Assembly: GCA_964448115.1 (NCBI GenBank)
Contig: CAYUVA010000006.1
Coordinates: 1-43,607, forward strand
DNA: 43,607 nucleotides
Reading direction: 5' to 3'
DNA from: an uncultured bacterium
GTDB lineage: Bacteria > CAYUVA01
Positions 37,775-43,607 of this stretch are shown here, piece by piece (position 1 is the first letter of the stretch; each line of letters opens with the position of its first letter). Below the pieces are notes generated by a model that saw only the letters and a program-made list of their open reading frames with translations, did no database searches and was not told where the DNA came from. Position numbers and translations under genes: made by a program.

Positions 37775-38812
37775 ATGATGAAGAATAAGCCGATTATCGG
37801 CATAACCATGGGGGATGCTGCCGGGATTAGCCCTGAAATCATAGTTAAATCTCTGCTTTTGGAGGATTTATACCATCATTGTTGTCCGGTAGTGCTCGGA
37901 GATGCCCGCATTATTGAGCGATCCCTGGAAGCGATGGGATTATCCGCAGAGCTTGGTATAATTACCCAACCAGCCAATGGGCGCTTCGAGCCTAGAATCA
38001 TCGATATCATCGACTACCACGATATCGACCTGGAGAACCTGCGCTACGGCGTGGTGAGCGCCTCCAACGGCAAGGCAGCAGTTAAATACACGATTGAGGC
38101 GGGGCGCATGTGCCTGGATGGTAGGCTGGATGCTATGACCTCTGCCCCGCTAAACAAGGAGTCGATGCGCGCCGCTGGCTACAAATACGAGGGGCAGACG
38201 CAGATACTCAAGGAGCTTTGCAACAGCCCACAGGTCGGGATGGTGCTACTATTAGGCGAGCTTCGGCTTATGCTGCTCAGTACCCATCTATCCCTGCGCG
38301 ACGCCTGCGATGCGGTGAAAAAGGAAGCTGTCCTGGAGAAGATTCGACTCGCAGCCGAGGCGCTTTCCATGCTTGGGATCTGTGAGGGCAAGATAGCGGT
38401 GGCGGCTCTCAATCCGCACGCCTCAGATGGCGGGCAGTTCGGCTGGGAGGAGCAGCGGGAGATGATCCCAGCTATCGAGCAGGCGCGCGCAGAGGGGATA
38501 AATGTCGAGGGACCCTATCCTGCAGACACTGTCTTTGTGCGTGCCAGTCAGGGGGAGTTTGACCTGACCATTGCCGCCTACCATGACCAGGGCTTGATGG
38601 CTACCAAGCTGCTCGGCTTTGGCCAGGTGGTTACACTGCTTGCCGGGCTGCCCATAATCCGCACCTCGACCGGGCACGGCACCGCTTTTGACATAGCATG
38701 GAAGGGTATGGCTGACCACCGCAACCTATACATGGCGATCAAGACAGCAGCCAAGATAGTGAAAAAAAAACTATCTGCGTTGACCGGCAATAAAATCATC
38801 AAGCACAGATGA
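37775..38812 (+). CDS. PdxA-family dehydrogenase (PdxA2-like, acid-sugar catabolism)
   Basis: AGGAG RBS before ATG 37775/37778. Motifs ITMGDAAGI.PE, APLNK, THLSL, LNPHA, PADT.F, YHDQG and RTS..HGTAFDIA. Confidence 0.9.
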   Translation: MMKNKPIIGITMGDAAGISPEIIVKSLLLEDLYHHCCPVVLGDARIIERSLEAMGLSAELGIITQPANGRFEPRIIDIIDYHDIDLENLRYGVVSASNGKAAVKYTIEAGRMCLDGRLDAMTSAPLNKESMRAAGYKYEGQTQILKELCNSPQVGMVLLLGELRLMLLSTHLSLRDACDAVKKEAVLEKIRLAAEALSMLGICEGKIAVAALNPHASDGGQFGWEEQREMIPAIEQARAEGINVEGPYPADTVFVRASQGEFDLTIAAYHDQGLMATKLLGFGQVVTLLAGLPIIRTSTGHGTAFDIAWKGMADHRNLYMAIKTAAKIVKKKLSALTGNKIIKHR

Positions 38813-38911
38813 AATTGCATATCAAGGGTTGAGCAACTAGATTAAATATGGTTAAGAATGCTATTAAATTAGAGATTCAAGTTATCATGGTATCTTAAGG
38901 AGATTCAGTCG

Positions 38912-39718
38912 ATGAAAATAATAACTCTTTGCCTGCTGTCGTTCACCATACTTTTTTCATCGGTCTTTGCTGAGGATGCACATTTGAGGCTCGCAACCAC
39001 CACTAGCGTCGAGAATAGCGGACTGTTAAAGGTAATACTTCCACCATTCGAGGAGCGGTTTGGTTGCAAGATCGATGTAATCGCAGTAGGCACTGGCAAG
39101 GCGCTGAAGCTAGCTGAGAACGGCGATGTCGATGTTGTCCTGGTTCATGACAGGGAGGCTGAACGACGCTTTTTAGAAGCCGGATTCGGAATCAACCGGC
39201 GAGAGATAATGTATAATGATTTCGTTATTCTCGGTCCTGCCGATGCCCCGGATGAGATAAGAGCCTCTATGTCTGCTGTCCAAGCCTTCCAACGAATATC
39301 GAAGATGAAAGGCATTTTCATAAGCCGGGGCGATCAGTCTGGCACCCATCTGCGCGAGAAGTCGATCTGGAAAGAGGCTGAGATCGAGCCTGATGGAAGC
39401 TGGTATCGGGAGACTGGACAGGGCATGGGACAAACACTTATAATCGCTGACCAGATGCGAGCTTACACCCTTGCTGATAGCGCAACATACCTGGCAATGA
39501 AGCAGAAACTTAAGCTAACAATCGTTTACCGGGGCGATCCCAAGCTAGTGAATATATACTCAATAATCGCGGTCAATCCGGCAAGGCACCCTGATACCAG
39601 GTATGTGCTTGCTATGGCTCTTATCGGATGGTTAACCTCACCTTCAGGACAAGGAATGATCGAGAGTTTCCAAAAGGACGGAGATGTACTTTTCAAGCCC
39701 AGCGCGCTGCACCGCTAA
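38912..39718 (+). CDS. tupA: Tungstate ABC transporter substrate-binding protein
   Basis: AGGAG RBS and signal peptide. Motifs LATTTS.E.SGLL, AVGTGKAL, MYNDF, FISRGD.SGTH and GQGMG.TL. Confidence 0.92.
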   Translation: MKIITLCLLSFTILFSSVFAEDAHLRLATTTSVENSGLLKVILPPFEERFGCKIDVIAVGTGKALKLAENGDVDVVLVHDREAERRFLEAGFGINRREIMYNDFVILGPADAPDEIRASMSAVQAFQRISKMKGIFISRGDQSGTHLREKSIWKEAEIEPDGSWYRETGQGMGQTLIIADQMRAYTLADSATYLAMKQKLKLTIVYRGDPKLVNIYSIIAVNPARHPDTRYVLAMALIGWLTSPSGQGMIESFQKDGDVLFKPSALHR

Positions 39719-39742
39719 CAGATCCCAACACGAAGATAAACA

Positions 39743-40444
39743 TTGATAACAGATGGGATTATACAGGCTGCGAGGCTGCTGATAAGCCTCGATAGCGAGG
39801 TTCTGCAGGTTCTACATACGACCCTGTATGTAACCGGCGCCGCAATAATCACAGCAACTATTATCGGCTTGCCAATCGCAGTGTTGATCACCCTGTATGA
39901 GTTCAGGCTCAAGGAACTGCTGATTACGGCGATCAATTCTCTACTCTCGATGCCGACGGTTACCATTGGGCTTTTAGTGTTTGCCTTATTATCCAGGCAA
40001 GGACCATTCGGATCCCTGAAACTGCTGTTCACTCCGACAGCGATGATCATCGGCGAGGTGATCCTCGGCTTGCCGATTATAGTCGCTTTTTCCATATCAT
40101 CGCTCAACGCCCTGGATCGAAGGCTCTATTTTTCATTGCGCGCAGTGGGCGCCAGCTCTTTGCAGATAGCATTTTGGTATGTAAAAGAAGCGAAGTTCGG
40201 GCTAGTGGCTGCTATCGTTGCCGCATTCGGACGGATAATATCCGAGGTCGGGGCTGCCATGATGCTCGGCGGCAATATACGAGGCAGCACTAGAACGCTT
40301 ACCACAGCCATTACACTGGAGACCGGCAAGGGAGAATTCGGATTGGCATTCGCACTCGGATTGATACTTATTACTGTAGCCATATCTATTAACATACTTT
40401 TCAGAATCCTACAGGGAAGATTCTCCGGCAATGCTAAGACTTGA
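39743..40444 (+). CDS. tupB: Tungstate ABC transporter permease
   Basis: TTG start. Motifs LLSRQGPFG...LLFT, AAFGR.ISEVGAAMM.GGNI and TRTLTTAI.LETGKG. Confidence 0.92.
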   Translation: MITDGIIQAARLLISLDSEVLQVLHTTLYVTGAAIITATIIGLPIAVLITLYEFRLKELLITAINSLLSMPTVTIGLLVFALLSRQGPFGSLKLLFTPTAMIIGEVILGLPIIVAFSISSLNALDRRLYFSLRAVGASSLQIAFWYVKEAKFGLVAAIVAAFGRIISEVGAAMMLGGNIRGSTRTLTTAITLETGKGEFGLAFALGLILITVAISINILFRILQGRFSGNAKT

Positions 40445-41087
40445 AAATATCAAAAAAAACTACGACAACGGCTTTGAGCTTCATATAAGCGAGCTTACTA
40501 TTGCTGAGGGCATCCATTGTCTAGTCGGACACAACGCCTCCGGGAAAACCACCCTGTTAAATATAATCGGTCTTCTGCTAAAGCCGGACAGCGGAAGGAT
40601 ATTGCTTGATAATGAGGAGATCTCTCAAAAGAGGCTGGGCATCAAAACTCGAAGACTAATCGCTTTATCAATACAGGATCCATATATGATTTCTGGAACC
40701 GTCTTCGATAATGCAGCCTTGGGACTGCGGATACAAAGGATGGATAAAAAAACTATTAGGACAGTTATCAGTGCGCTTTTGGAGGAATTCAACTTATCGA
40801 ATAAAGCAAACCTCCAGGCTCGAGAGCTGTCCGGCGGTGAAAAGAAGATTGTAGGGTTGATTAGAGCAATATCGCTCAAGCCGAAAATCCTGTTGCTTGA
40901 TGAACCTACGGCAAATGTGGATGCAGATAATGTACAGGTAATGGAGCGCGCCATAGACCACTGCATGAACAGGTTCACCAGATTGTGTATTATAGCAACA
41001 CATAATCTCGAATTCGCCTACAAATGCACCGATAGCCATATAGAGATCTCAGATGGCATCATAATAAATCCCGATTTTGACAGTTGA
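40431..41087 (+). CDS. tupC: Tungstate ABC transporter ATP-binding protein
   Basis: Motifs GHNASGKTT, LSGGE and LLLDEPTAN; overlaps tupB. Confidence 0.85.
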   Translation: MLRLENIKKNYDNGFELHISELTIAEGIHCLVGHNASGKTTLLNIIGLLLKPDSGRILLDNEEISQKRLGIKTRRLIALSIQDPYMISGTVFDNAALGLRIQRMDKKTIRTVISALLEEFNLSNKANLQARELSGGEKKIVGLIRAISLKPKILLLDEPTANVDADNVQVMERAIDHCMNRFTRLCIIATHNLEFAYKCTDSHIEISDGIIINPDFDS

Positions 41088-41326
41088 GAGCTGTAAGTTA
41101 TTGAAAAATATGATCTCTCTATAGCCTGCATCTAATCAATGGCATCTTTTTACTTCTCAGGAGAGCATTCATTACCCTGCTGTATAGGCTGAAGTTAAGA
41201 TAGCGATCAAATCAAGCATATATGCCAGAAAAAAAAACAAGATGCCCCTTGATGCGCATAGGGTTGTTCTGAGGCTTTTTTTATGCTAGGTTATGGTTGT
41301 GTCCCATCTTTTCATACGAAGATGAT

Positions 41327-42745
41327 ATGATTCAACACAGCAAAATATTGCTAATTATACTCGTAATTGTTGCCTCAGTGTCGCTGGTCTCAGATGCGAC
41401 TAGCGGCGAGGTCGAGGATGTTCAAAGAGCTATCGAGAGGGCAGGGGCTGACTGGGTTGCCGGCGAGACATCGGTTTCATCGCTGGAGCCTGCCGAGTTC
41501 CGAAAAATGCTTGGTTTCAATATGCCAGACTGGCTGTTGGAGGAAGCAAAGAGCTGGGCTATCGGCTTCGATCGCCTGCCGGATAGCCTGGTGCCGGATT
41601 ATCTCGACTGGCGGGACTATAACGGTGGTAACTATATAACGCCGATCACCAACCAGCTCAATTGCGGCTCCTGTGTCGCCTTTGGCACTGTCGCATCCCT
41701 GGAGGCAGCGGTCAAGATCGCTGCCAACCAGCCTGGCTTGCTGATCGATCTCTCCGAACAGCACCTATTTTCCTGCGGTCCCTGGTCATCTTGCCAGACC
41801 GGCTGGACGACAAATTTTGCCCTTGATTATATGCGAAGTAGCGGTGTGCCCGATGAGTCATGCAATCCATATAAGGCGGTCGATAATAACTGCCATGAAA
41901 GCTGCGCCAACTGGCAGAGCAGGGCGATAAGGATACAATCCTGGAGCTGGGTTTGCACATTATGGGAAGATAACGAGGCGATCTGTAATGCTGTGGCACA
42001 GGGACCAGTGCCTACAAGTCTCGATATTTACCGAGATTTCGTAACCTATCGCGGCGGGATATACGAGCATGTTAGCGGCGCCTACGAGGGAGGACATGCG
42101 GTCTGTATAGTAGGCTATGACAAGATAAACAGATACTGGATCTGCAAGAATAGCTGGGGAAAAGGCTGGGGGGAGAACGGCTTCTTTCGCATCCGCTGGG
42201 GACAGGTAAGCGTGGGCACATTTACCGCAAAGCTAAACTTCAATGGACCTATACCCACCTCACAGCCGAGCCATACCCCGACCTTCACTCCCACCCGCAC
42301 TCCAACTCCAACAAATACAAGCCCAATGGGCATCACTCCGACAGTAACCCCGACTCCAGGGGGAGCGACTAAAACCCCGACCAGTACCAATACACCATCG
42401 GGAGCTACCCATACCCCGACCAGCACGCCGACTTACAAGACAAATATATATAATCCGCATGTGAGGCTGGGCGGTTACATGGATTCCAGGGTATCCTCGA
42501 CCGCTGGTGGAAAGATCACCATACTTGCCATGGCAGGCGATAACGATGGCGATCCGGTGAAGGGGATCGTCCTCGGCGATATTCCTCTGACCTGCATCGA
42601 TCCTTCTGAGGGAATATTCCAGTTCGGTCCCATAAGCCTGACCAGCGGAGTAGCGAGTGGGCGCTATTTGTTGCAGCTTATTCCGTTTGACTATCGGGGC
42701 AATCGAGGGGCGCCCTGGCCTTTCCTCGATGTTACCCACTATTGA
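41327..42745 (+). CDS. Secreted papain-like (C1A) cysteine peptidase with propeptide, Thr/Pro linker and C-terminal 'GYMD...WPFL' domain
   Basis: Signal peptide; DWR, NQLNCGSCVAF (catalytic Cys), DLSEQ, GGHAV (His) and KNSWG..WGE.GFF (Asn). The ORF track starts at TTG 41297. Confidence 0.92.
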   Translation: MIQHSKILLIILVIVASVSLVSDATSGEVEDVQRAIERAGADWVAGETSVSSLEPAEFRKMLGFNMPDWLLEEAKSWAIGFDRLPDSLVPDYLDWRDYNGGNYITPITNQLNCGSCVAFGTVASLEAAVKIAANQPGLLIDLSEQHLFSCGPWSSCQTGWTTNFALDYMRSSGVPDESCNPYKAVDNNCHESCANWQSRAIRIQSWSWVCTLWEDNEAICNAVAQGPVPTSLDIYRDFVTYRGGIYEHVSGAYEGGHAVCIVGYDKINRYWICKNSWGKGWGENGFFRIRWGQVSVGTFTAKLNFNGPIPTSQPSHTPTFTPTRTPTPTNTSPMGITPTVTPTPGGATKTPTSTNTPSGATHTPTSTPTYKTNIYNPHVRLGGYMDSRVSSTAGGKITILAMAGDNDGDPVKGIVLGDIPLTCIDPSEGIFQFGPISLTSGVASGRYLLQLIPFDYRGNRGAPWPFLDVTHY

Positions 42746-42811
42746 GGCTTCCCGATTACTTTCACGCCCGGCTTTGCACAATGAAACTCGAAGGGCTATT
42801 ATTGTGTAATC

Positions 42812-43607
42812 ATGAATGGTATCGTAGTTGTGGGAGGTGGCGTTGCCGGGCTGTGCGCTGCTTACCTGCTTCAGAAAAGTGGCTTCAAGGTTACCTTAAT
42901 CGAGAAGGAGACTAGAATCGGTGGGCTAGCTCGATCCTTCAAATATGGAGATTTCACCTTTGATATAGGTCCCCATCGCTTCCATACGGAGGATAAAGAA
43001 GTACTCTCCTTCATCCATAAGATAATGGGGCAAGATAGCCTATTGACCATTAAGCGAAGCAGCGGGGTCTGGATGTTCAAGCGTTACCATGACTGGCCGC
43101 TACGCCCCGGTTCCATCATAAGGTTTCCATTGCCGGTGATGCTTGGAATAGGAAGGGACATCATCAAGCGCAATCAAACCGCTGGAGATGACTTTGCTAG
43201 CCATATAAGCGCCATGTATGGAGAGACCATATTCAAGGTCTTCTTCAAGCCCTACACCGAGAAGTTCCTCCATGTACCTCCAGAAGAGCTTCATGCAGAC
43301 TGGGCAAAGGCGGGAATCGACCGGGCAGTGATCGATAAGAGAGTTGATATAAAGAACCTCAATAAGCTGATCCTGACCACATTGCTTCCTAAGCCGATCA
43401 CTACCGAGTTCTTGTACCCCAAGATTGGTGGGATACAGGCGTTCAGCGATCGTTTGGCTGAAAAGATAGTCGATGCAGGGGGAACGATCTTATCGAGCCA
43501 TAAGGTATCTTCCATAAAAAAAGATGGAAATAAAGTAAAATCAGTAACCTTAGCATCCAAAGAGGAACTTGATGTCGATTACCTGCTATGGACTGCACCG
43601 ATAACCG
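42812..43607 (+). CDS. FAD-dependent oxidoreductase (protoporphyrinogen oxidase / UDP-galactopyranose mutase-like), 3'-partial
   Basis: Absent from the ORF track because it runs off the window end. Manual translation gives MNGIVVVGGGVAGL.AA...LIEK...IGGLARS......FDIGPHRF...PYTEK...FLYPKIGG with no stop. Confidence 0.9.
   Translation, partial: MNGIVVVGGGVAGLCAAYLLQKSGFKVTLIEKETRIGGLARSFKYGDFTFDIGPHRFHTEDKEVLSFIHKIMGQDSLLTIKRSSGVWMFKRYHDWPLRPGSIIRFPLPVMLGIGRDIIKRNQTAGDDFASHISAMYGETIFKVFFKPYTEKFLHVPPEELHADWAKAGIDRAVIDKRVDIKNLNKLILTTLLPKPITTEFLYPKIGGIQAFSDRLAEKIVDAGGTILSSHKVSSIKKDGNKVKSVTLASKEELDVDYLLWTAPIT

Noticed and set aside
6317-42745. Canonical cohesin/dockerin, SLH or T9SS C-terminal domains on the secreted proteins
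   Set aside because: No such signatures were recognised. The DxDxDG motifs in 11826-15929 are FG-GAP repeats rather than the paired dockerin repeat.

Overview
Chromosomal window from a diderm, probably anaerobic bacterium (LolC/E-LolD, RfaE-like kinase, tungsten AOR plus TupABC, B12 radical SAM). There is no prophage, CRISPR array or intact IS. Housekeeping and metabolic genes (tRNA-Ala(CGC), sucCD, lolC/E-lolD, DUF1537 kinase plus PdxA-like dehydrogenase, tupABC, AOR, an orphan DNA methyltransferase) are interleaved with glycosylation genes and a set of modular secreted proteins. The most striking signal is that secretome. (i) An ~1800-aa protein has five alternating A-B-A-B-A Cys-paired domains separated by Thr/Pro linkers, an IPTL-CTERM anchor, and a consensus sigma-54 promoter plus a sigma-70-like promoter upstream. 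(ii) An ~100-aa 'GY(M/W)D...WP(Y/F)L' domain occurs four times in three otherwise unrelated exported proteins (an FG-GAP repeat protein, a LamG/PKD protein and a papain-like protease). Together these suggest, as inference only, a lineage-specific surface display or scaffold-and-dock system. Smaller observations include a possible CvpA-MBL hydrolase fusion at the left edge, an IS630-like remnant, two REP-like palindromes, and altered active-site motifs in the RfaE-like and PdxA-like enzymes. All family calls come from motif recognition by eye; no database searches were run.
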